A DNA stretch of 64,000 nucleotides from Veleropilina oligotropha. Taxonomy: Eukaryota. Below are positions 31,243-42,583 of this stretch, in pieces. The translations under genes were made by a program, and so were the position numbers. Below the pieces are notes generated by a model that saw only the letters and a program-made list of their open reading frames with translations, ran no database searches and was not told the DNA's origin. Each line of letters starts with the position of its first letter. The stretch's first letter is position 1. The stretch is taken from assembly GCA_048128005.1 (NCBI GenBank), contig JBEUKZ010000117.1, positions 62,001 to 126,000 of the forward strand. Reading direction: 5' to 3'.

Positions 31243-31982
31243 TACATAATGTAAAATTGTTTACTTTGAACTTGTTTTGAATGTGCTACGACATTTCGAT
31301 TGCACATCTTGCAGTCTTGATCGCGTAGTGATCTCGTTTGCCGCTGGGAGCGCTCAGGAACCAGGCTGTGGTAGATGGCGAGCAGTTGATATCCCTGGTC
31401 ACAGTTCATGGTGGGTTTTCGCTCACGGATGTAGATGTCCTCTTTGACTTTACGTTTTGTCCAGTCAGGTTCGCGGGTGAGGATGGAGGTGTTGGATAGT
31501 GACACTGAGTGGCCGGTGGCTTGGCAATGGTCACCCACACCTGTTGGCTTGTCGAGGTTGGTGTGCTCTTGGAACGTGTAGCCAGAGTACGCTTCGTTTC
31601 TCCAATGTAGGTGTGTTCAGGGGACTGGTCACAGTTGATTTGATAAATGACCCTGCATTTCCTCTCATCAGGAGTACGGTCCTTTGGGTGTTACTGTTCC
31701 AACATGGATCTTAGTTTGTTGACAGGTTGGTGGAAAGTGTTAATGCCAAATGACATGTAGATCCTGGAGAGTTTTTAGGACAGGCCCTGAACGTATGGTA
31801 ACCCAATCAGAGGTGACCGGTGTTGTGGTAGTCCTGATGCATTGGTATTCGGGGGTGGGATTCCTGAGCGCTCCCAGCGGCAAACGAGATCACTACGCGA
31901 TCAAGACTGCTAGATGCGCAGTCGAAACGTCGTAGCACGTTCAAAACAGGTTCCAAAGTAAGTAAACAATTTTACATTATGT
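31243..31982 (-). mobile_element. Penelope-like retroelement fragment (GIY-YIG endonuclease) with inverted terminal segments
   Basis: Minus strand reads VIYQINC...YIGETKRTL..R..EH...HCQATGH...RKVKEDIYI; ~115-bp inverted repeat 31243-31359 / 31861-31982. Confidence 0.8.
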
Positions 31983-32240
31983 CATCACTGGGAACCAATA
32001 ACAACATTTTCTCAACTCTTATAATATTTCAATTGCTCAATAATTATGTGCATGATTTTTATATTGACACAGTGTTTACATAACTTTGTTTTCTTTTTGA
32101 AGGTATTTGGATTCGTTGGAACAAGCTGAGTACAGGTACATGTCCGAGCGATATTCCAAGACAATAATTCGTGAAACGAAAGAGACAAACTCAAGCTTCA
32201 ACACACCATTATAGAATATTATTTTTGAAATTCACACCAG

Positions 32241-33599
32241 ATGGAGCCACTTGTATGCACTGTGTGCGACAAACAATTCAGTGATGCACAGAAACGTAAA
32301 TGTCATATGAGATACCATGCTCTGAAAAGGCAGCACCAATGCAGCTTGTGTGTAAAGGCATTTAAAACGGTGAGCACCTTGCAACAGCATCTGCGGATTC
32401 ACACAGGGGAAAAGCATTATCAGTGCTGCTTGTGCGACAGGACATTTTCAGCTGCAAGTGGGCTGAACAGGCATATGCTAATTCATACCGGAGAGAAACA
32501 TCATCATTGCGCTTTGTGTAAGCGAACATTTGCATGTCGTAGTAATCTTATGTCGCACATGATAATCCATACTGGGGAGAAGTCGCACCAATGTGCTGTA
32601 TGTAATAAGACCTTTTCACGATCAGTTTGTCTGAAGTTGCACATGCGATCCCATACTGGAGAGAAACCATACCAATGCGAGGTTTGCTATAAGACATTTA
32701 TAAGTGCAAGTAACCTTAGATCACACATTATAAATCATACTGGGGAGAAGTCGCACCAATGTGCTGTATGTAATAAGACCTTTTCACGATCAGGTTATCT
32801 GAAGTTGCACATGCGATCCCATACTGGAGAGAAACCATACCAATGCGAGGTTTGCTATAAGACATTTATAAGTGCAAGTAAACTTAGATCACACATTCTA
32901 AATCATACTGGAGAGAAATCACATAGATGCGGTGTATGCAAAAAAGCATTTTCACTTGCGAGTAACCTCACAAATCATATATTAATTCATACCGGAGAGA
33001 AATCACATCAATGCTTTGTATGTAAAAAATCATTTTCACAAGCGGGTAATCTTAGAACGCACATGTTAATTCATACTGGTGAGAAACCATATGAATGTGT
33101 TGTATGCAATAAAACATTTTTACTAATGGGTAATCTTAGAACGCACATGTTAATACATACGAGAGAGAAACCACATGAATGTGTTGTATGCAATAAAACA
33201 TTTTTAAAAGTGGGTAAACTTAGAACACACATGTTAATTCATACTGGTGAGAAACCACATCAATGTGTTGTATGCAATAAAACATTTTTACATGTGGGTA
33301 GTCTTAGAATGCACATGTTAATTCATACTGGTGAGAAACCACATGAATGTGTTGTATGCAATAAAACATTTTTACAAGCGGGTAATCTTAGAACGCACAT
33401 GTTAATTCATACTTGTGAGAAACCACATCAATGTGTTGTATGCAATAAAACATTTTTACAAGCCGGTAATCTTAGAACGCACATGTTAATTCATACTGGT
33501 GAGAAACCACATCAATGTGTTGTATGCAATAAAACATTTTTACAAGCGGGTAATCTTAGAACGCACATGTTAATACATACTAGAAAGAAACTATTGTGA
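32241..33599 (+). CDS. C2H2 zinc-finger protein, 16 tandem fingers (possibly the last exon)
   Basis: 16 CxxC-x12-HxxxH units with HTGEK linkers; AG immediately before the ATG could be a splice acceptor. Confidence 0.88.
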   Translation: MEPLVCTVCDKQFSDAQKRKCHMRYHALKRQHQCSLCVKAFKTVSTLQQHLRIHTGEKHYQCCLCDRTFSAASGLNRHMLIHTGEKHHHCALCKRTFACRSNLMSHMIIHTGEKSHQCAVCNKTFSRSVCLKLHMRSHTGEKPYQCEVCYKTFISASNLRSHIINHTGEKSHQCAVCNKTFSRSGYLKLHMRSHTGEKPYQCEVCYKTFISASKLRSHILNHTGEKSHRCGVCKKAFSLASNLTNHILIHTGEKSHQCFVCKKSFSQAGNLRTHMLIHTGEKPYECVVCNKTFLLMGNLRTHMLIHTREKPHECVVCNKTFLKVGKLRTHMLIHTGEKPHQCVVCNKTFLHVGSLRMHMLIHTGEKPHECVVCNKTFLQAGNLRTHMLIHTCEKPHQCVVCNKTFLQAGNLRTHMLIHTGEKPHQCVVCNKTFLQAGNLRTHMLIHTRKKLL

Positions 33600-33655
33600 T
33601 ATAATGTCTTAACAAGCAAGTTGTCTCAGGAGGTAGATGTTAGTCCACACTAGGC

Positions 33656-33904
33656 GGCCGCTTCGGTAGCGCAGTGGGTAGAGTGTCCACTCTAAATTCA
33701 CTGGCTTGTTTCCGCTGACGCGAACAGTAGTGGGATCGACCCCCGGCTGAGGCAGCACACATTTGTTCAAGTTATGAAGCACAGTTGGCCGAAGAGGGCG
33801 GGTTTACCCGGCGACCGGCGTTTCCTCCCACGATAACACGGACATGTCCTGCCTTGAACCTCGATGTTATAAACATACAGGACATTAAGCATAATTCCTC
33901 CTCC
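33656..33904 (+). mobile_element. tRNA-derived SINE with 12-bp TSD
   Basis: A-box TAGCGCAGTGG, B-box-like GGATCGACCC, (CCT)n tail, TSD TCCACACTAGGC at 33644-33655 and 33905-33916; second copy at 41145. Confidence 0.88.
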
Positions 33905-34025
33905 TCCACACTAGGCAGAATACTTAACCAATGTGTTGTGTGTGATCGAACAATATAAGTTGTCTCTATGTCTCTCTCTCATTTGAAGTTAAGGACAATT
34001 CTACTTTTATTTACACTCACTTATC

Positions 34026-34056
<31 letters not shown>

Positions 34057-34188
34057 ATTATTTACACTCACTTATCTATATATATATATATAAAGCATTA
34101 TTTCCAATCACTTATCTATATATATTTAAAGTAGTAATTGTTTGTTTACGTGCTTGTCGGTTTGCCACTTCTGCGCCCCTTTGAATTG

Positions 34189-34322
34189 ACATACATACAT
34201 ACATACATACATACATACATTGCATGCATGCATTACATACATACATTTCATACATACATACATGCATGCATGCATGCATACATGCATGCATGCATGCATA
34301 CATGCATGCATGCATGCATGCA

Positions 34323-34353
<31 letters not shown>

Positions 34354-34698
34354 CATACATACATACATACATACATACATACATACATGCATACATGCAT
34401 GCATACATACATGCATACATACATACATACATACATGCACACATGCACACATGCATGCATGCATACATACATACATACATACATACATTACATGCATTCA
34501 TATATACATGCATGCATACATGCATACATGCATACATACATACACACATACATACATAAATATGTACATACATACATACATATCGGTACATACATTACAT
34601 ACATACATACATACATACATACATGCATTACATACATACATACATACACACATACATACATAAATATGTACATACATACATACATATCGGTACATACA

Positions 34699-34729
<31 letters not shown>

Positions 34730-35331
34730 CATGCATACATACATACACACATACATACATAAATATGTACATACATACATACATATCGGTACATACATTA
34801 CATACATACATACATGCATACATGCATACATGCATACATACATGCATACATACATACATGCATACATACATACATACATACATACATGCATACATGCATA
34901 CATGCATACATGCATACATACATACATGCATACATGCATACATACATACATACATACATACATACATACATGCATACATACATACATACATACATACATA
35001 CATACATACATACATGCATACATGCATACATGCATACATACATAAATATGTACATACATAAATATGTACATACATACATACATATCGGTACATACATTAC
35101 ATACATACATACATACATACATACATGCATTACATACATACATACATACATACATACACACACACACATACATACATAAATATGTACATACATACATACA
35201 TATCGGTACATACATTACATACATACATACATGCATACATGCATACATACATACATACATGCATGCATGCATACATACATACATACATACATACATACAT
35301 ACATACATACATACATACATACATACATACA

Positions 35332-35362
<31 letters not shown>

Positions 35363-35512
35363 CATACATACATACATACATACATACATACATACATACA
35401 TACATACATACATACATACATACATACATACATACATACATACATACATACATACATACATACATACATACATACATACATACACACATACACACATACA
35501 CACATACACGCA

Positions 35513-35543
<31 letters not shown>

Positions 35544-36706
35544 CATACATACATACATACATACATACATGCATACATACATACATACATACATACATAC
35601 ATGCATACATACATACATACATACATACATACATACATACATACATACATACATACATACATACATACATGCATACATACATACATACATACATACATAC
35701 ATACATACATGCATACATACATACATACATACATACATGCATGCATACATACATACATACATACATACATACATACATACATACATACATACATACATAC
35801 ATACATACATACACGCATACATACATACATACATACATACATACATACATACATACATACATACATACATACATACATACATACATACATACATACATAC
35901 ATACATACACGCATACATACATACATACATACATACATACATACATACATACATACATACATACATACATACATACATGCATACATACATACATACATAC
36001 ATACATACATACATACATACATACATACATACATACATACATACATACATACACGCATACATACATACATACATACATACATACATACATACATACATAC
36101 ATACATACATACATACGTACATACATACATACATGCATGCATACATACATACATACATACATACATACATACATACATACATACATACATACATACATAC
36201 ATACATACATACATACATACATACATACATACATACATACATACATACATACATACATACATACATACACACACACACATACATACATACATACATACAT
36301 ACATACATACATACATGCATACATACATACATACACGCATACACACATGCATACATACATACATACATACATACATACATACATACATACATACATACAT
36401 ACATACATACATACATACATACATACATACATACATACATACACACACACATACATACATACATACATACATACATACACGCATACACACATGCATACAT
36501 ACATACATACATACATACATACATACATACATACATGCACGCATACATACATACATACATACATACATACATACATACATACATACATGCACGCATACAT
36601 ACATACATACATACATACACACACACATACATACATACACACATACATACATACATACATACATACATACATACATACATACATACATACATACATACAT
36701 ACACAC
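34189..36706. repeat. (CATA)n microsatellite, about 2.5 kb, with CATG/CACA variants
   Basis: Direct reading. Confidence 0.97.
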
Positions 36707-36709
36707 ATT

Positions 36710-37142
36710 TCATTGAATCGATGCTTATTGTCCTGTATCTTTACAACCTTCAGGTTCACTTTAACCAGTCCACCATATGTCCATATTTTCTCTGGAGAAA
36801 AGCCTGGTCACCCTGGGGAAACCAGTCCTATCCGTCCAGTCCGGACTACTGTGATTGATAACCAGTCCTATCCGACCAGTCCGGACTACTGTGATTGATA
36901 ACCAGTCCTATCCGACCAGTCCGGACTACTGTGATTGATAACCAGTCCTATCCGACCAGTCCGGACTACTGTGATTGATAACCAGTCCTATCCGACCAGT
37001 CCGGACTACTGTGATTGATAACTGAACAAAGAACGCCATTCTCATTGCCACAGCCAAAATTGTAAGGAACTCCTATTTGTCAGAGCAGTCAAGAGAGTGG
37101 TTTTATAGTTGGCACTAGAGTCCGCACGGCTATCGGAGAGCC
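36710..37142 (-). mobile_element. Related SINE containing an internal 5 x 40-bp tandem expansion (36821-37020)
   Basis: Minus-strand head GGCTCTCCGATAGCCGTGCGG, core TTGTTCAGTTATCAATCACAG, tail GAACCTGAAGGTTGTAAAGATACAGGACAATAAGCAT similar to the 33656 SINE. Confidence 0.65.
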
Positions 37143-40100
37143 TCGTGTTTAAATATAAAGGACGGATTTACAAATTCATTTGAGAGACCGAGGGGCCGGT
37201 GGAGGCAATTGGTAATGACTACATGACATATGTTATAAAGTTAATGATGATGAACATGGCTTCTCCTGTACTTTGATGATGACAGAATGCATCCAAATGT
37301 GCCATAGATTCTTAAAAATATTGTCTACAGACTACATAGGCCTTTTAGCTCATGTTTGATATTTATGTTTTGCATAGTCAAATGATGGCACATTATGCAT
37401 GAATAATATTTTGTGTTGTTCATGTCATTACACAAAAAGTTAATTTTGTATCTTTGTCAATAAAAATGTATCATTAATTTTTTTGGCGTATTCATAAAGA
37501 TATATGATTGTGACATGTTTTTAATAAGTTATATCGATAATAATGAGTTATTTGCAATTACGAATACATGCATTCACAGCGTTGAAAAAATGAAAATTGC
37601 TAAATCGTCTCTGTACCAAGACTAATTAAATGCTCTTATTTTAGAATCCGAGATTGCAAATATAAAATTCATGGGACGGTGCATATATACAGCTAAAAAT
37701 TAATTTACAGCAATAGTGCCCTACCTGGATATTTTGACATCCTGCTGGCTCATATCTGAGCTTCTATGAAATGGCCATTGCATCTTCATGGAATATGCAG
37801 CATAATCCCCTGGTGCTTCGCGTACGATAAACAAAATTAGGCTCACTGTTTCTCGATCTCCCTTGCGCAAATGGCGAGACTCGATGAAGATCACTCTGTG
37901 AGTCACCATCAACACTTGGAAGGCAGATTATTAATCACAATCAATGACAATAACACATTTGGACTTATTCCTGTTGACCCGGTAGTTGGAGAAAGCCGCC
38001 AGTTGGGACCCGAAGGTTTATAGTTTATGTCCAACGGCGGTGTCAAAATACTGCTTTAAGGCAGAGCATTGGAACGCATGCATACGATAATAGTGTACCT
38101 TGGTGGAAGTAAACAAAGTAATGGCCTTATTTTCCATATTAATGTGCATCCCGAATACATAAAAATGAGACCATTGTCCAATAATAGTATGTAGTAGGTG
38201 TAAGGTAAGACACAGTAACTGGATCAACCCATCGTACATCAAACTACTGTTGAACCGTCAGTATTGTCCGGTTACGACACCCACCAATGTAAAAATATCA
38301 GATTTTCGTCATTTCAAGACTCGAAAACAGGTCAATTCCTTCTATGAAAGCGTTGCATCCCCTCGGACCGTTTCCTTGATCACAAGCGAATTGTGGGCGC
38401 TCCGCAAAAAGACAACCAAAGCAGCACTGGCGAGAAACCTTGAAGCATGGGTCATCTTGTTGTTCATTCATGGAAGTGCGAGAAATTCTGCCTACTTCCA
38501 GTGCACATGAAATAGAGTTACGCCATCACTATCGAATTGGTTGACAAGATGGTGGATTGAGGTTATTCCTTCTGTTCAATAACATATTCATGCGTATATG
38601 TACATTATACCACCTATACATATATTTTTAAAGCTATTTATCTCTCGAAGTAAGGCGTCATACAATACATCGTGAGCAATGAAACATTTAAGAATATATG
38701 TATGTTTAGTTTAGTTTGGTGGCAGCCAAACACGAGAATATTCACTATACATGGTAGTTATCTTTGAAAGTTAATTTCACCGTGACAGATACAAGTTACA
38801 GATGTCCAGCAAACAGTTATGAAATGTGGACATAAAAGCTACCAGGAAATTGTAATTTCATTTAGTACCATCTGCATGGCACCAATAGATTCAAAATTGT
38901 CCAACCGCCTCTGGCCTAATGTATAAGTGTCGGATGCATTTATACATCGTCAATGAAAATCGAAGTCGTGAATGGACTGGTGGAGATCGGGTTCCGAGGA
39001 ATATCTGGAAAAGACTGACACATGCAAAAAAGCGAAGCACGACTTGCATCAAGCACGGAGTTTTGGAATTCATTTTCATAAATACAGTCCCTGACATCAT
39101 CCACTACTCGAGAACTCGCGCAGCATTCGAGAAACTGTTGTCGACACAGCCCATCAACGTTATGCTCGGGAGCCGATACTCGGTAGGGATGTGCTGCTGA
39201 TCATTCTGCAAAATCAGAAATCGAAGGAATCCAGTGGTAGTAATATATCGCATTATTCAAAAACAGATGACAGGCGCGGATCCATGATTTTGAAAAGGGG
39301 TGGGTGTCCAATTTTCATCAAATTTGACAATCAACAGCCTGAAACCCCCTCTCATGCACTCTGACAGGGCAAAGGCGATATTTCTTACCAACATTTATGA
39401 ACAATTTTCACTATCAATATTCACGTTTTTTCACTTTCAAAGACAAACATTTTTTATTTTTCTAGAGGTGGGTGCACGGACCGCCCAGACCCCCAGAAAA
39501 ATTTGATAATTAACGATGTGAAACCCCCTCTCCTGCATTCTGCCAGTGCAAACGCGATATTTCTTACAAACATTTATGAACCGTTTTCATTAAAATGTAT
39601 CAGTAAATATTTCGGGGGTTTTCCCAATGAAAAATGCATTTCTCATTTTCAAAAGGAGGGATCGGGCTTACATTGACATTTTTGACTATGTTTCTTTTCA
39701 TCTACCATATTTCTGCAACAAAATACATCGAAGTATTATGTTAAATTATGTCCGTTAGACAAAACAAAATAAAGTAAGCCATGGGAGCACATAAATTTAC
39801 CATTTATGCAATTAAACTTTTCAGAAATAAAAAGTGTGCCAGTGACTGTGCTGCCATTTGATACGCCATATTTTAATCTCGATTACGATTTACCATTCAA
39901 TTTATTAATCACTATTAATTTATGATTGCGCAAATTTGATCATTTTCTTGATTTTCTGTTTTATTAAAATGACAAAATCATGATTATTATTTATCAGTTA
40001 TCATTATTATGATTTTCTAAATAAAATGTACCCCAGCAAGTGTTTAACCAGTTGTGACGATATATTTGGTTTCTGAAAAAATAAGATGCTTTGTGAATTT

Positions 40101-40389
40101 TAATGACCGCAAAATCTATTGGCCCGGCGGACTTTCATGTAGTGAAATTGACTGGCCCGACTGCAATTTTGTTGGCATCGGGCCAGCAAATAATAGTTAA
40201 TTTCGAACACTGCTAAACCAATCAAGCTGCTTTCCTCGTATTCCATAGTGTTGAAGCTTTTTTTAACATTATGACACCGTAAAAACACAAATTTGAATTT
40301 GAAGATGCTGAAGTCGTTAGGAAATTTAGAACAATTCCATATGATTCTGAACCTTTTAAACCGACCCATCCTACCACTACAATAGACAA

Positions 40390-40860
40390 CCGGTCCCGTT
40401 TCTTGGCGGTCGAGTCTCGCACCGATATATAAATCACCACCCTGAGTCCGTTCGCCATTGCCAAATCCATTCCTGGCCTGGCTGGCGAACCGAAGACTGT
40501 TAAGAAACTTCGAGCTGGCAAACTACTGGTCGAATGCGCCAGGATGAGACACGCCAAGAACGTTTGTCAACATTTCAGTAAAGATTCTTCCACATCGGAC
40601 TTGAATTTCATCAGGGTAATAAGATCAATGGATCTACAGTGACTTCGAATTGCTGGAAGGTATGAACAGTCTAGGCTTAACTAAGGTTACACGCCTGAGC
40701 ACATTCAGTGATGGCAAAAGCCTACATACCAAACCCCTTGCGGTGTTTCAAATGCCAAGCATCTATCTGGACGCCACAAGGATCGTTGCAAAAAGAATTC
40801 CACATGTGCTCTATGCAGTGAATAGGGTGATGATTCGATGACCCAATTGCAGAATTATCT
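40390..40860 (+). pseudogene. Decayed LINE ORF1 (I/Nimb-like gag with CCHC knuckle)
   Basis: RFLAVES...LSPFAIAKSIPGLAGEPKTVKKLRAGKLLVEC and PNPLRCFKCQ with stops and frameshifts. Confidence 0.7.
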
Positions 40861-40925
40861 GCAACATTAAACGACATTACAACTCACTCCATTCCAAAGA
40901 CCTGCCCAAATTTAAAACAATTGTA

Positions 40926-41049
40926 TCGAGCGACGTCGCGGTAGACACTGTGTATTGAATACCGCCTAACGTTAAACCACGAGGAGTTAGCCAAGTGGTT
41001 TAACATTAGGCGGTATTCCATTCACCGTGTCTAGCAAGACGTTGCTCGA
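40926..41049. repeat. Hairpin/MITE-like inverted repeat
   Basis: TCGAGCGACGTC...GAATACCGCCTAACGTTAAACCAC pairs with GTGGTTTAACATTAGGCGGTATTC...GACGTTGCTCGA. Confidence 0.65.
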
Positions 41050-41144
41050 CAACGTATGTATCTTGATTTATATATCCTGTCTTAATTACCTTACATAGTT
41101 ATCTTACTCCCGACTTGACATAACACTGTTGTTATTTATAATGA

Positions 41145-41403
41145 GGAGGAGGAATTATGCTTAATGTCCTGTATATTTATAACATCGAGGTTCAAGGCAG
41201 GACATGTCCGTGTTATCGCGGGAGGAAACCCCGGTCGCCGGGTAAACCCGCCCTCTTCGGCCAGTCACGGACAACTGTGCTTCATAACTTGAATAAATGT
41301 GTGCTGCCTCAGCCGGGGGTCGATCCCACTACTGTTCGCGTCAGCGGAAACAAGCCAGTGAAGTTAGAGTGGACACTCTACCCACTGCGCTACCGAAGCG
41401 GCC
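41145..41403 (-). mobile_element. tRNA-derived SINE, second copy, 12-bp TSD
   Basis: Reverse complement of 33656-33904 with a 10-bp indel; TSD TATTTATAATGA at 41133-41144 and 41404-41415. Confidence 0.88.
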
Positions 41404-41664
41404 TATTTATAATGATAGCAAACTACGGTTATTTCCCTTTGACCAGACATAAATATTTTCATTGAGAAGTGACGTCACCGTGGTACAATTTTCCATGAAC
41501 CACGCCTGGCCGTGGTTCACCGTCAGTTAGTAAAATGACGTCAGCCAATCAGAACAGAGGATTCACGGCGAAGTCAAGATAATGAATATTGTAACAAGAA
41601 CGACGCGTTCGGAATATGTCTTGACCTTTCTTTATTTCCGTCAAATTTTCATAACAGTTATAAC

Positions 41665-41875
41665 GTAGGCAAGATGGCGGCTTATGTGTTGTAGGCAGGA
41701 TGGCGGCTTATGTGTTGTACGCAAGATGGCGGCTTATGTGTTGTAGGCAAAGATGGCGGCTTATGTGTTGTAGGCAAGATGGCGGCTTATGTGTTGTAGG
41801 CAAGATGGCGGCTTATGTGTTGTGGGCAAGATGGCGGCTTATGTGTTGTAGGCAAGATGGCGGCTTATGTGTTGT
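41665..41875. repeat. 26-bp tandem repeat, about 8 copies, most with AAGATGGCGG
   Basis: GTAGGCAAGATGGCGGCTTATGTGTT repeated. Confidence 0.9.
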
Positions 41876-42583
41876 CTTTTGTTTTTCGTCTCCTGTGTTT
41901 TTACCTATTTGCATGTTTTATCAACGGGCGGTGTCTTCCTACTGCATATACCAACTCTAAATCAACCAAAGGTATGCTTGACAAAAGTTATACTCATAAA
42001 CTGTACGCATTAGAAGCAATCTATCGTTTGGTTTTGAAATTTTCGAAATTCACGGGAAAGAAGAATCGCTCATGTAAACAAAGATGGCGGCGGCCCGCTC
42101 TCAAATCATGTCAAGGGTTTAAGCACTCTGCTCGCATAGTCATAGTCTAGTCATAGTCTATAGACTATGCTCTCGCTGGTCCGCCTACTTCTTTCCCGAC
42201 TGGAATATCGTCTCTTTGAAATTTTCCAAACATTAATATGTATTTAATATATCAAATTTAGTTAAAAGTTAATTAAAATAAACTTTTAGAAGCGTTTGTG
42301 CAGTTAATTAATTACCTACGCGGTGAATAAATTGGCATAAATTGGCTGAATATGGCTACGCGGAACTATTTGCTGTTTAACATCACTGTATTTCATATTT
42401 AAAACGTTGTTATTAGCCTACCCTTTTCTTGAAAACACTTAACCATGTCATTTGCACTTCATTAAATTACAAACTGAAGCGAAATAATATGTATATTAAC
42501 TATGTGGCGGATCGCCACATAGCGATCAGCGAGAGCAGAGGTATAAGCCTCGGGCGTCGTTTCGTATTATCTTTGCCTGGAGA

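Noticed and set aside
33656..33750. tRNA gene
   Set aside because: A and B boxes are present but no cloverleaf is evident; it continues into a SINE body with tail and TSD
34112..36898. Long HTYI/MYVC ORFs up to 577 aa
   Set aside because: Artefacts of the (CATA)n microsatellite
37700..39220. Coding-like stretches that may be an old transposase
   Set aside because: No continuous frame or convincing catalytic motif
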